64,000 nt of DNA from Chrysomallon squamiferum (lineage: Eukaryota > Animalia > Mollusca), in contig CM022679.1 in the NCBI GenBank assembly GCA_012295275.1, positions 22,630,001-22,694,000 on the forward strand, in the 5' to 3' direction. Shown piece after piece: positions 28,716-58,947 of the stretch. The stretch's first letter is position 1. Every line of letters begins with the position of its first letter. A model generated the notes under the pieces. That model saw only the letters and a list, made by a program, of their open reading frames with translations. It was not told where the DNA came from and made no database searches. The position numbers and the translations under genes were made by a program.

Positions 28716-30173
28716 CATTAAATGAGAGAAAGTAATGTCTTAATTTCAACAAAGAATTTATTTTTTTCCCTTTTATATTTTCTTTTTTCTTAAATTTTGA
28801 AATATCTCTGATGTAGTAATATGAGAAACAAAATATATTAATTCATTTTTTCCCTAATTTCTTAGAATTAATTTTAATTATGACCATAAATTTTCAGTAT
28901 TATTATTCTGGTACGCTTGATGAAGAAACAGAGAAACATGAATAAAATTCTGTAAAATCGATCTAGGTCACTGAACACGTGACACTTATCAATAAGGTTG
29001 TTTTCGTGTGCGTGTTGATGTGGTTGGGCGTGTGTACGTCTCCTTCTGCGCATGATCATTTATGCATTCACGCATAAATGACCATACCCGAAGTTATATA
29101 TCTTTGTAGATAAGCCTAATGTAATCCAACATGCATAATTGTAATGTAATGCAATATTATAACATTCGAAAAGTAATAATATCACGTATTTCACGTTACT
29201 TAACGTAGCAAAAACGTCGGTAACGTAATTTGTGTAAAGTAATCTAATGTAACAAAATGTGCGTAACAATATTCGGAACACAGTGACTGTGACGTAACGT
29301 AATTTAAAACAAATTACGTAATACAACGTAACACAATATGTCTAATACGACAATGTAAAAGAATATACATAACATAAAATAATCAAATTCAAGTTAATAT
29401 AATATAACACAATATTACATTGTTTTGGGGGGTTTAATGATGTAAAACAATATTTTATCAGTGAAAAAAAAAAGTAAAACATTAAAACGAAACAGAGACA
29501 CAAAAATTATTTTAAACCTAAAATAAAATTGGTTATAGCTACATATTTTTCTCACGGATCTTTTTTTTTTTCTTTCCTGAAACTAGAATTTGATTTATGA
29601 AGAGAAAATAATCTATCTCTAATATGTAGGTAAAACCGACTTATAAAGCATTAGAAAACGTGAAACATTGTCGTTCGTGCATTCAGAATAACAGAAAAAA
29701 AATATATCAGAAGTCATTAATATAGTAATCGAAAAGATTAATAATAATGTTAGTAAATAAATAAATAAATAAATGATCATTCCTGTCTCATTATCTGCAC
29801 TATTGTTGGCAAACGAAATTAATACAAAGAGAGACAACTCTTGATTCCTCTATCAGACGTCTTGAAAAAAAAAAAAGGAAAAAAAAGAAAACAACGAAAA
29901 AAAAAAGAAAATAAAGAAAGAAAGAAAGAAAATATTAGTTTTAATTATTGCTTTTTGTCGCATGACACTAATGTCATTATGGTTAAGAAGATAGGTTTAA
30001 AAAAACAAAACAAAAAAACAGCAGGTTATTAAATACGAAATGACAGGAACGCGCCTTAAAGTGTGTTTTTGATGCTCCGAAGAAATAGTCTCAGTACATT
30101 CTACAAAATTCCAAGTTACGTTCTTTTCTTCTTTTTTTCTTCTTTTTTCTTCTTTTTTACCCATTATTATCAC

Positions 30174-30221
<48 letters not shown>

Positions 30222-30980
30222 GTTGTTGTTGCTGTTGTTGTTATTGTTGTTGTTTTAATTAATTTATTCTTTTATTATTTATTTATTCATTTATTCATTT
30301 ATTCATTCATTCATTCATTTTTATTATTATTTTATTTTTTATTATTCTTTTATTTTTTTATTATTCTTTTTCTGTCTATTTTTATTGAATAACAAACTAA
30401 AACAATATATCAGAAGAGACAAAATTATCTGGGAACATTTTCTTCACAGTCGTCAAAAATACAAATGCAGCTATGAGTTCGCCGTGTATTTTAGATCAGA
30501 AAACTTAATAATAAAATGGCGGATCGCTCAAAACAACACACAATACTGTCGCAGGAAAATACAAAAGAACGGCCTGCTTCGAGGGAAGTGATGATTACGC
30601 TCAGTTCTTCAGCAACCTTTTTAAAGATTATAGTGTTGGCCGAACGGAGAGCGGGCGATTGGGTACATACGTTCGAATCTCGTCGGCGGTATCTGACGAG
30701 GTTTGTGAGTTCGTGATTGAACTTCGTCCTCCTGTGTCAGTGTGTTCACGAATATTGTCTATGTGCAGAGTCTATTCAGACGTACATAAAACAGAGAATA
30801 CTCAAATCTAAAATAAATACATACCTACAACAATAGATGCAGTTTCAAGCTAGTTTTAAATTTGAAAGTTTATGTATTGTTATATGTATATATTTATTTT
30901 AGATTTGAATATTCTGTTTGATGTACCCCTGATTAGACTCTGCACATAGACAATATTAGAAGGATAGGTAATAACCTCTT

Positions 30981-31034
<54 letters not shown>

Positions 31035-31407
31035 TGTATGTATGTATGTATGTATGTGTGTATGTATGTATGCATGTATGTAAAGTGCCACAGACTTTGT
31101 TATTGATAATGCCAATGAAGGGTTTATTGGCATTATAAGTATCTAATTCTGTGGCACTTTACTATTGAATATAAGTGATTAATTAGTTCTGTTATCATGT
31201 TCATCGCTTTTTGTCAGTTTTGGCAACACGCCTTTGGCAACAGAGCTCATGATACACACACACACACACTCATACACAAATGCTCAAACATACACAGACA
31301 CTTTCATCTGTGCATCTTCGTACCCTTGTGTCTACTGTAATTCGTGCAAGTGTTTCTGAGCATAATTATGTTTCAGTATTAAAATCAAAGGTAGTTATAG
31401 ATGAGTT

Positions 31408-31440
<33 letters not shown>

Positions 31441-31489
31441 TATACACATATATATACATACATACATACATACATATATATATATATAC

Positions 31490-31524
<35 letters not shown>

Positions 31525-31798
31525 TATATATATCAACAAAGGAAATAACAGTACAGAATGTAGCAAAGTTTCAGTCGCTTGAAATGAAAAGACAAAAGTC
31601 TTTAAGAAAGAAGCTGGACAGAACGCGTGAACATTCTTATTATATGTCCTCAGTTAACGATAATATTCCTCACTTAGTGTAAGTGATATGAACCCTTCTA
31701 CAACAGAAGCCTTCAGCGAGGTGTTAAATGATCCGTCCACTCTGGTAATGGGTTTTACAATGTACTTCAGTTCTCTCTCTGTTGCCTGCAATCTCATG

Positions 31799-31898
<100 letters not shown>

Positions 31899-32390
31899 AC
31901 ACACACAAAGACGATAACCACTTTGGAATCTTCTGCTGCCAGTCATACTCGTATATTGATCGTGTATAAAAGGCTTGGACAATTTCTCAAATGACAAGTG
32001 ACTTGCACATTTCCTGTTACAGTACGTATGACATAAGTCAGTCTATTTAGGATTGGTTTTCTACCAAATATAGAATGCTTTTTAACTAATGGAGATAAGG
32101 GGATGAATGATACAAAAAAAAAAAGAGAGAGAGAATCAAAGAAAACTCTGCTGAATTATGTGTTATTTTTGGTGTTTTATTTCGGCTGATGATTCCATGG
32201 TGTTTCTGCACTTTTGTTTCAAGTTTCGTTGTATTTGTTCTGTGCTGTTTTCAGATGATGACACTAACATTGGTTGTAGTTGTGTTACTTTGCTTTTTGT
32301 GTCAAGCTGTTGTAAATTAATAACACTTAAGATTTAATTTCCAGCGATATCCCAGTTATTATAGTTTCAGTATTTTGTTTATTTTATTTT

Positions 32391-32449
<59 letters not shown>

Positions 32450-32473
32450 TACTACTATTATTATTATTATTAC

Positions 32474-32515
<42 letters not shown>

Positions 32516-33573
32516 TTTAATTATTATTACTATTATTATTATTATTATTATAGTTATTTATTTTATTTTGTTATTTATTTATTTTATATTTTTCACAATG
32601 AAAACTGATATAAATAAAAATCTACTTATGTTCATTAGTTTCAATAGTATATTTCTTTACTTCTTGTACTTTTTAAGAAGATGTGTTGTTTATTGTTATG
32701 CTGTATGTTTGTGTACTTCACATTTTAACAAAAGAAAACGTACAATTTACGATTTATTAAGGTATCACGTATATATATTTCTTTGCCCTAACTCCTTCAT
32801 TTTCTATTTTCAGAACTCAGAAGAAGTCATCTGTTTTCTTTATCTGGAAGACTAGAATTTTATTTTTAATTAGGAATGAAACCTTAATATATTCTCTCGG
32901 GGTAAAACACAAAAATATATTTTTATAATAATATACCTTTTTTCTCTCTCTCTCTTTTTTTTTTTTTTTTTTTCGACTAACTATAAGTTATTTCTGGACA
33001 CACTTACATACTGGCTGGAACTCTTCTAATAGGTCAGTGGTTTTCGTACGACGAATCGATCCTTCGACATAACGTACCAAGATGAACATTTAATAACCAT
33101 CACTTTGGCTACTTTCGTTGAAAAAATGATCTTGTGTCTGAGGATTATAGTTGCATTGTATTGCAAATAATTACTGTTTCATTAGAAAACAATTAGTGTA
33201 CATTGTTGAGTTTAAGCAATAACTAATTTCTGATTTACGACTTTTCTGATTAAAAACATGACAATCGTAGAATGTCGTGTTTTGGCCACAAAACAGTCGT
33301 AAACTATTACGTTTCATCATACGACTGTCGTAAACTATCGCGTTTCAGAAAAAAAAAAAAAGATATTCGTAAGTATGTGTTTCAGTGTACGACCACTGCA
33401 GATTAGTGCTTTTCCATCAGAAATCATATTCAGATTGAAATCACGAGAGTGGTGTATATTTCTAACATATCAAATTGAAAAATAAGTACTTCAAGGCACA
33501 ACGGAAAGAAAACAAAATTCTCGTACAAGAAAATTTCAGACTGTCAATATTTACGTTCATCTAAGGAAATAAA

Positions 33574-48448
<14,875 letters not shown>

Positions 48449-48619
48449 TGTTTGTTTAATACGTTTGTACAGATATATAACGTGTTTGCATTCTCTTACA
48501 GTAAACGGAGAAAAGTATTTCGCAAAAGCCAAACGATGTATGGATGGTAGATTCAAGAAGAAAAGGAGAAAGAAGGAGCTGTGAACAGAAGGAGGTGGTG
48601 AAGGAGGAGGAGGAGGAGA

Positions 48620-48717
<98 letters not shown>

Positions 48718-48855
48718 TAGAATACATTTGTAATGATTCTGAAACAAAATTAACATGGAAGTGATATGTGAACTAATTTAATTAATTTCGTGCAAGTAAA
48801 GATTAATTTGTAAGTTGTGTTGTTCTTTTTAAAAAAAATTTAATTTTATATGTTA

Positions 48856-48896
<41 letters not shown>

Positions 48897-49604
48897 CATC
48901 ATTATCATCATCATCATCATTATTATCGTTGTTTCTATGTCCATTTTCATCATCAATACTGAATTTGACTTTTAATCGGTTCAACTAATTTCATGTCAGC
49001 AATATTATATTTTATAACGTTTCCTCGATGGTGGACAGAAATTGTGTTTGCCTCTACATCTAACAACTGCCATATTTTATAATAACAAAAACAGACAGAC
49101 ACACACAGAAACAGATATTTATAACTATAGAGATAAACTTTAGGAAGGCAGAAAGAGAGACAGACATAATTATTATATAGACAGACAGAAAATGGATGGA
49201 TGGATGGCCGGTGAAGTGATATTAATATGGCTGAATGAAGGAATGAGATTGTGTCGATCGATGTCAGAATTATTTAGATTGAATTGCATCATGGTTTATT
49301 TATATTTATTCAGAAAATAAAAAAAAAAAAAAATTTTTATTGATACTTACATTTTTCGCTTACGGATATTAAGAGAAAAAATGTGTGTGTGTGTGTGTCT
49401 GAGTGTCTGTGTGTGTGGGGTGGGAGTATATAATAGAAGAGCTAAAACAGATGGGCAATATAAAATAATAAGGCGTCTCTAACAAAAATAAAATGATTAT
49501 TGGTTTGTTAGAATAGATACAACAGAAAACGAAGACACGAGAAAACGCGTTGTAAATTTACAACTCACTTATTGTAACTTACCTGAGATTGGATTCAAAA
49601 TGTA

Positions 49605-49672
49605 AAGTGAATGAATGGAGAATATAAAACTGATTTTACGACAGAGAAAGTGAATGCTTTCGTCATTCATAT

Positions 49673-49763
<91 letters not shown>

Positions 49764-50660
49764 CTTTTTATATCTTTCTGGAATCTCTTATTTCAACAGA
49801 TATATTACACACACACCAGTTGATTGATTTTGTTCATGTGTTAATCTTAGAAAAGTGTACACCTATCTCTGGCTAGGTGTTGAACGGTTCCTAACATTTT
49901 CGTGTATAGACTAATTAGGTACAACACTGCTGGGCTGGCGAAGGGGGACTGCAAAATCTTAGCGTAGAACAATAAACTGTGTCGTGACAGGAAACTACTT
50001 CTTCTCTGTTTTGTATCACGTGGAGCACTGTGTTTGTGATGTGTAGATTATCTAACAGAGGGTACACTGAACACAAAAATAGAAAATAACTGACGTCTTC
50101 TGGAAAATGGAACGAAAATAAATGAGTTAAATACGAAGTAAAAACCATTCATTTCAATTTTAAAATAGATGATTTTAGTTAAATATTTTAAGATGATTTT
50201 TTGACTCATTAATTTTTCTTTGTTTCTGTTTTGTTTTTTCTTTTCTGTCTTTCGTCTTTGACAATCATTCATTCGTTCTTTCGATCCCTAGTTCGATCTT
50301 TCTTTCTCTCTTTCTGCAAATATAATACGCATTTTCTTCAAACAGATAATAATTAATTATTTGTTGATTTCAAGTACTGACCTTTTTGTCATTTGATACG
50401 TCCGTTAGCAAATTTGTAGATAATTAATACATTTATTTCCTTATTAATTCAATTAAACGAAAACTGTTGCAAAAGAACAATACAGTTATGTAATGCTAGA
50501 GTTATAATGGGAGTTACCTAATGGCAATAGTTGTATTTATGTTTGTGTATGATGTTACTGATGTATCGAGTTCAGATAATGTTTCGTTCCTATACTCAGT
50601 CTAAATAAATCGATCTGTCTGTCTCTCTGTCTCTATACCACACTCTCTCATACACAAACA
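49605..50660. repeat. Inverted-repeat arm downstream of GPCR B (pairs with 35150-36270)
   Basis: See partner arm; e.g. aattcaattaaacgaaaactgttgcaaa versus tttgcaacagttttcgtttaattgaatt. Confidence 0.9.
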
Positions 50661-50979
50661 CACGTAAGTCAATCATGCATTATTCTGTAACACAAGAATC
50701 ATATTATTATTGTAACTTCTACTACTACTACTACTATTATTATTACTACTACTACTACTACTAGAACTACTATTACTACGACTAGTATTGTATTACTGTT
50801 ATTTTTCTTGTTAATCAAATTCTTCTTATTATTATTACTACTTCTACTGATACTCCTTCTATTAGTGTTAGTAGTAGTAGTAGTTGTTGTTGTTGTTGTA
50901 GCAGTAGTTGTTGTTTTAATACCAATAGTAATACTAGTAGTAGTAAATATCATTAAACATATTATTTTTTAATGTAAAA

Positions 50980-51041
<62 letters not shown>

Positions 51042-52428
51042 AAAACTCACCTCTTCTTTAACGTTGTATACTCTATGAACAAGGCGTCCCATCTTTCCAA
51101 GACTTGGGTCTACCAAAGTAACATGAGACACAAATCTTATATGTAACACTAACATTATTACAATAACCACAGATATCACCGCTTGTATTTATCTCGACTG
51201 TGTTTTAATAAAGAGGCCTCACGATAAATCAGTGACATAAAACAATATATTTATAAAAGCTAATCTTTGTAGTTTCATTTTGTATAAATAACATTTACTT
51301 AGTAGATAATAGACATCATATATAAAAAAAATAATTAAAAAGAAATTAAAATCCGCATTTTAAATACAGTATAAAATATTACTTATTATTATTAAAGAAA
51401 AAAGAAAGAAAGAAAGAAATTATGTTAATACACAAATAAAAAGTACATCAACTTTATTTAACAAAACGAATGAAAATTATACCTTTAAATGGTATAATGT
51501 ATAAATCCTAATGGAAAAATAAAAATAAAGATTTTTTTTTTAAATTATATGTACATTTAACAAAAGTCAATCATTTGTATGAAAAATTAATGTGAAAATA
51601 CAAATAAACATGTTTATTTAACTAATATTTGAAGAATAATATTTGAGGAATTTATAACAATAATAATAATTATAAACAAGAAGAAAACTATCAATAAATA
51701 GCACATTACCAAATAACGTGTGCTGAACGCAAAATGAATGAAATATATATGAAAGCGAAATCTCAGTTCCGCCCATGCCTGACCTTTCCTATCGATTAAC
51801 ATAGCAAAGAATCTTTATTTATTAAACTTCCCATAGACAGTACATCTCACACCATAGGTTTCATTGAAGAGTACTGAGAAAATTACTGGAACGTAAAGGT
51901 TCTACAGAGAGTACAGAAGAGGTAACAAAACAATACATACGTGTAGAGAACAGGGACAGATAACTCCAACAAGATATTTCAACTCGTATGTTTAATATTT
52001 AAAACCTGTATCACCAAAGTATTCTGCATTACATTTTATTTTTCAGATAACCCTCTACCAGCAAAAATTCTACATACATTCTGTTTTCGACGTAAGATGC
52101 GTTATATCATAATTTATAATCCGTATTTGGAAACAGAGCGTAAACATATGTCTTTACCTTCAGTATGACCCCTTCCTGGCGTTTGTCATTGGTCAGTGAA
52201 GCGATCAATTTCACTGGGTCAGCCATGGCCAGATGAGAAGGAAAAGGACCAAAGATCTGACCATAATTAATGTCCGTCACAGTAATAACACCTATTGTGC
52301 GCTTCCTTCAGACAGTCGGCTGAAATTTAATATAAAATTTAACAATAAATTACTTAGATTAAAGCTATTTTTTTTATTATAATGGCCATAAAGATAAAAA
52401 CTCACCCGCTTCCCTAAAACAAGAAAAA

Positions 52429-52491
<63 letters not shown>

Positions 52492-54236
52492 TCTTATTCT
52501 GCAGACATAAAGTGTTTAGTTGATAGAGACTTCTAAAAATAATGCATGCTGTTCTATGATTACTGTTTCGCGATATTAAATTCTACTTCCAAATCAAGAT
52601 TTTTTTTCGCAGACAGACAGACAGAGGGACAGAGAGAGAGAGGAGTACAGAAGGAAACAAAGAAAGACATTTTATAATATATTAATCTGCTGCTATCATA
52701 CAATAATTTGGTGAAGCCAAACATAATCAGGCTAAAATGCTTCTGGTCTGTACAATGTCGCTGACTCTGGTTTCTGTCGCAACAACTAAATTACTTTGTT
52801 GTTTTTGTTTTGTCTTTTTTTTTTAGTTTTTTTACGTGTCCTAGGTGTAACACAGCAGCTATGTCACAACCCAACGTCCTCGTTGGTGATTTGATGTGTT
52901 GCTGTTGTATACATCACTGTTGCTGTTGATAATGTAGAGCTGCAGCAGTTAACAACTGTTGTCTACGGGTGTATTTTAAATGTAGGTTTCATTTAATAAT
53001 AGTTGTCTATAATATAATAATAGATAGATGTACGTTAAATGTAGGGTTGTGGACACGTTTTTCGATTCATTAACTACTGCACTATTTTGAAAGACGCCGC
53101 CTCTTTTTACTTTTTTTTCTTTCTTTTCTTTTCAAACGGTCACAATGGTTATTATGTCAGCACAGTGGTTTTGGGAAAAGGCTGGACATCAGTGACGTAT
53201 GATTTGAGAAACTTCCAATTAGAATAGTATCGCACAATCTTACTGCCAGTCAGATGATGAACGATTCTTTCGCAGAATTCTTCATTAAAACAGAAAGCAT
53301 ATGATAAGCCGTACGGAATGCATTTAACAATGGGGGAAAAAAAGCAACTACTTCCAGTCTACTTCTTTTTATTCCTCCTACATGAAATTTCGACCAATCG
53401 AATCACGGTTTGCAGGCATCATTTCAACATCACGATCAGCTAATTCCGAATTTAGGCTTTTTGTTTTTCACTGAAGTCGTCAATGGCTATAAGTTTTCAT
53501 TTTTCTTCGTCATGGAAATATATACCGACTTAATGAAATTATGTGCACTGGATAACTGCAATATCAGAACCTCCGTAACAAATTGATACTGAAATCTGAA
53601 ATTTACAGATGTGAAAAATATATCGATATTTAGCGATATCAGAACAAAAAATAAAAAAAGAAAGAAAAAGAATTGTGAACTTTTTATTCTTTGTTGGAAG
53701 CGGAACTGAAAATCATATAAATTTTGTGAACTACAGAAATTAAATTATTCTTTCCGTTTGAATAAAATATGTTATTGATTTTCTATCAGACGAAACCGTA
53801 TGAAAAAGCTTAAAAATATAAATTCAAACTTTCAAAACTATTACAACTATCAGTACAACTATTAGCACCAAAGCGGGTTTCGAAACTGCTACATTCGTGT
53901 AACTGCTTCGCGATTTGCAAAAAGCTGCCAACATTGTGATAAATTTGGACTGGACAAATTTGTGATTGAAGAATACCTAAAGGTAACTTAAGAAATCGCA
54001 ATACGATGAGAAAAAAAGAAAATAATTAAAAAACATAAAAATAATTAGAACGATCTGCTTTTAAAATCATTGTGTATAGCCAAAGTGGATAATGGTTTAA
54101 TTCTTTAGCTGCAGAATTGAAATTATTCTTTCCATTTGAATGAACAGGATCCTGTACGTTAAACAATCAGTAATTAAGCGTTTAAACTTTTTCCAAAGCA
54201 GAATTTCCTGAACTTGTGAAAGATTTCAGTATCAAG

Positions 54237-54465
54237 ATGGTTTTGAGTAGCGGAGAAGCTTTGTTCATTTCGTTTATTACTATCATGTTAGTGTTTTCAG
54301 TCACAAGCAATTTTCTAGTCGTTTTCATTGTCATAAGAAACAAAAAGATGCGCAACGTCACCAACGTCTGTATCTGCAACCTCGCCATCAGCGACATCTT
54401 GCTAGCAGCGTTTGTCTTGCCGCAGAATCTTCATGACATTTCACACACAGATAACTATTTCGAAG
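54237..54465 (+). CDS. GPCR C exon 1 (TM1-TM2)
   Basis: MVLSSGEALFISF...LPQNLHDISHTDNYFE-G/gtaag; 229 nt. Confidence 0.92.
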
Positions 54466-54768
54466 GTAAGATTTGTTTGTTAAAGTAATACGATATACGA
54501 ATATTAAATATAAGCAAACAGAGATATTACAGATTGTGAGAGTGGCACATAAAGATAAAGAGATGTAGACATAACCACATGGAAAACAGATAACAGACAT
54601 TATTTTTCACTAAATAATAATAATGATTAATCTAACGGTATCATAATTCCAGACATCTTAATCATTTATTTACCTAACACACACACACACACAAACACAT
54701 CCCTATATATCTATCTATGTATAGGTGTATATATACATATGTGTGAGTACTTATATACATTGATATAA

Positions 54769-54822
<54 letters not shown>

Positions 54823-54939
54823 AACAGGGAGAGAGAGAGAGAGTTATGAAAAAATAAAGATGTCTGGAATTATGATAGAGCTAGTTAATGAATTAAAATA
54901 TACATATATATCTGTCTGTCTGGCTATCTATCTATCTAC

Positions 54940-55023
<84 letters not shown>

Positions 55024-57312
55024 TTAGTTGTCTGTCTATCTGTCTGTCTACGAATATGTTTAATGATAAATATATGGCTATGAATTTGTATAAATGATGC
55101 AGGTGTTCATCTGTTTCTGTTTCCTTGTATATACGGTGTATGTACGTACTGATATAATCAATACCTCTAGCGAATCTTGAAATAAAACACTCCTGTGTTT
55201 TAGATAATTATCTGTATACACCTCTAGACATACGACTCTGAAAGATGTGCGGGGTATAGAGGCCGCTGTGAATACTAATTACTGGGAAGAAATAATAAAA
55301 AAAATGATACTTACTAATTATTTTCTTTTCTCTTCTTATTAAAAATAATTATATCAAAAAGAGAATGGACAATCTTGAAAATCAGCTGGAATTTTATTTT
55401 TATTTTATTTTATTTTATTTTATTTTATTATTTTTTTTAAATTAAGGCACTTTATTTATATTTCACCTTTTGTAGAACAAAAATTGCATTCGAGCCAGTT
55501 TCTCACGAATTATTTATGAAAATGCGAGGTAGCTGTTTTGCTTTCTACTGGAAGAGACACGTAACGATCTCTTGCTACTAACTGATAATCCTGTAGCATG
55601 AAGTAGTCGCTTGTTTTTTATGGGGTTTATTTTTTTCTTTCTTACATTGGTATTTATAAAAGAAAAGGTCCTGCTGATCCTGCAACTGTTAATGTCCTTT
55701 TATTCATTTTGATTCCTTCAATTCAGTAATTTATCATTCATCAATTCAGTCATTTGTCACTCATCAGTTCAGTCATTTATCACTCATCAGTTCAGTCATT
55801 CACCACCGATCACTTCGATCATTCAGCACTAATTCATTCTTCTCTCTTTCCTTCAGTCCATATTCATTCACTGATTCTTTGATATGTATAACGTTTTTTT
55901 TTTTTTTTTTTTTTTTTAGTTCTCTCATTCATTTTACACTTCTTTTCCTTTTCTCGTTTTTTTTTTTTTTCTCAAACAGGCGACTTTCTCTGTCGCGTCG
56001 TCAACTTCTTTCCTCTGTTCTGCATCCTGGTGTCCATCTACTCCATGGTGATCATCTCGTTCGAAAGACGTCGAGCCATCGTCCTCTCCTTGGACCAGAA
56101 CCCAATGAAGATCATCAAGATGGTTCTGCCCGTGGTCTGGGTGGGGTCCTTCTCTGTGTGCATCCCCACCCTCGTCGAGTACAGCGAGTTCATCATCCTG
56201 GACCCCAGCACCAACGAGACGACGTGGAGATGCGGCAGCGTCTATTCCAACACGTACTCGCTCATCAACGCGTTCACGCTGACGTTCGTGGCCTACATCA
56301 TTCCTCTTTTTCTCGTCGTCATCAACTACATTGTAATAATCAGGTAATATTTGTGATATGTGTGTGTTTAGTATATATATATAGACATTACAGTCAGGTG
56401 AATTAACGTTAATTGTTTTTTTTAATAATTATGCATTCTAACCTTTTTATCTTAAGTCAGTAACAAGTTATTCCCTATCTGTCTGTCTATCAGCCTGCGT
56501 GTCTATTTTTCTTGCTATATTTATACGTACACACACACACATTTTACACAAACACACACAGACACACATTCATATATATAAATGGTATAATAATGTTGTG
56601 TGATGTATACTTACTTAGGTACATCTGGAACAAGTGTAAACACGATGGAGCCACAAATCAGCGCAGAATGGTTGTAAAAAAGAAACTGCAGATTATTAAG
56701 ATGATGGTTTTAGCAGCAGCATTTTTTGCCGTAGCCTGGGCACCGTACTTCACCATACTTGCTCTTGGGGTCAGTGTAAATCGACGCACGCACGTACGCA
56801 CACAAACACGCGCAACCGCAGACTTCATTTTTCACATATTTTTTATTGTACAAGAATCATTGAGTTTTATTAAAATACTTCTACCGAAATATCGTTCAAA
56901 TGCATTAGAGTCGTTAATTTTATGTCATCATCAAAGTTACCATTATCATCACGAGCATCATCCAAATTCTCTGCTAGCACTGATTTGTAGTCAACATGTG
57001 AACGAAAAGAAGAAAGATCATCATCATCATCATCATCATCATTATTATTACTGTTAATTTCAGAAAATAACTGGTCACGACGGAGCTGAAGAATCCGGTG
57101 GTGCGTTGAACTTGATTCGACTGACGCTGTCGTCGTTCAGCACGGCCTACAACGTTTTCCTCTACGTCATCTACAACAAGAACTTCAGGGACGGCTTCAA
57201 GGCGTTCTGTCCGTTCTGTTACCGCGTTCCCGCCAACACGGTGGCGCCTACGGAAGTGATTACAACCACGGCCGGAGTCATATCGCGAACGGCCAACTTC
57301 ACCGAGATGTAA
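54237..57312 (+). CDS. GPCR C: intact class A orphan GPCR, 330 aa; exons 54237-54465, 55980-56343, 56619-56769, 57064-57312
   Basis: 993 nt open across GT-AG introns of phase 1, 2, 0; motifs NLAISD, SFERR, FAVAWAPY, YNVFLY, NKNFRDGF. Confidence 0.94.
54639..54877. repeat. Local fold-back: perfect 21-bp inverted repeat enclosing complementary (CA)n and (TG)n tracts
   Basis: tatcataattccagacatctt (54639-54659) versus aagatgtctggaattatgata (54857-54877). Confidence 0.85.
55980..56343 (+). CDS. GPCR C exon 2 (TM3-TM5)
   Basis: GDFLCRVVNFFPLFCILVSIYSMVIISFERRR...; acceptor caaacag, donor gtaata; 364 nt. Confidence 0.92.
56619..56769 (+). CDS. GPCR C exon 3 (ICL3, TM6)
   Basis: YIWNKCKH...FFAVAWAPYFTILALG/gtcagt; 151 nt. 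Confidence 0.9.
57064..57312 (+). CDS. GPCR C exon 4 (TM7, helix 8, C-tail)
   Basis: KITGHDGAEESGGALNLIRLTLSSFSTAYNVFLY...NFTEM-stop. Confidence 0.92.
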   Translation, partial: KITGHDGAEESGGALNLIRLTLSSFSTAYNVFLYVIYNKNFRDGFKAFCPFCYRVPANTVAPTEVITTTAGVISRTANFTEM

Positions 57313-58883
57313 GAACATCAGACAGAAACAGCGATTTAGCAGCATCTTTGTTATTTTTAAACGTTTTATTATCAGACCGACAGACCGACAGACAGGCCGA
57401 CTGAAAACTGACATTAAAAAAACCACCGATGATGTATGTAGACAGGTGCCTTAATTACAGACAAATAGAAAAAATGAAGTCTGATAGGTTAACTGAGAAT
57501 CAGAAAGGCAAAAACGATGTATGTGGATGCAAAGCACAGATAGATAGTCAGACAGAGGAAGAGATGAATGGATGGATGGAATCGTAGATAGACAGACAGA
57601 CAGATATGTGTGAATGTGTTTTTTGAATGAATGTGTGTGCATGTTTGTGTGTGCGTCACGTGCATGTGAACGTGTGCTGCTCTTTGTGCGTGTGTGTATT
57701 GGTGTATAAATTACAATACTAAATATCTTGGAGTGACAAACATAAAGATAATTATTTACTCTTCTATGGCTATGTTTTTAATGTTTTATTATTTGTTTGT
57801 TTGTTTGTTTATCTATTTCTTTTTTCTTTCTTTTAATTAACCTTTTTTATTATATATGTATTTAGTAGTAGTAGTAGTAGTAGTATTAGAGGCAGTAGTA
57901 GTAGTAGTATTTTAGTATTTAGTTGTTGTTCTTTTAATATTTAACATAAAATAGGTTTATAAGAACGCAGTAGCCTGTAAGATACTGTGATTTAAATGTT
58001 AAGCGTTTACTTGGTACACCTATATAAAGACACTATATGCAATATATAACATACTAGATTTTGTTTTCTTTTTTAAAAAAGCGTTATGCAAGTTAAGACA
58101 AAAAATAATTTATATATTGTTCTGAAGATTCTTGTAGCACGTATGTAATATTCATTAGCTATAACGTCTTATTATTACTATTATTTTCTTCTTTTAATAA
58201 CAGTTCATTCCGATAATACCTCATTTGCTAATTCTGACTGAACTTTGCCTGCACCAGGCAGTTGATAAGCTTTCTTGAATTACCTGGTATTAATAAAACA
58301 AGACTAAAGACAAGATTTGTATATGACACATTTCATTTACATTAATGACAATTTATACATTAAGATTATCTGCCGATTGGTGAATATTAATAACATAATG
58401 GCATGTATAGTTGGCTTTTAATTATCTATTACAATATTAGAAGGTTTACGGATATTTGTTTTTTTAATGTTCATATTTTATATTAATAAAAACCAGGCTT
58501 ATCCTAACGGAGAAGATTATAAAATACAATATACACATTAAGGATATAATAAATAACGAATAGTTAGTTACAAAGGTCAAAGGTAAATACATGGCCTGGA
58601 CTTTGAGTTTTCTTCATATTAAATGTAGAATATTTAGTTGGTTTTGTTGTCGACTCCTTGGTTTTCGAATTGTCCCTAGCGTACAGTAGATACAGTATAC
58701 TTATTTGTTTTATTATTAAGAAGATTAATACATAAACGTATTGTCCATTACCATCAAGAGATTTTTTTCTTTTTTAATTAATCAGAGGTTAATTTGAATT
58801 AGATTCAATAGAATTTATCTTCGTTTTTCGAGCTTCTTTTTTCTTTCTCATTGTTATCGTCACATTTCTTTCTTTCTTTCTTC

Positions 58884-58947
<64 letters not shown>

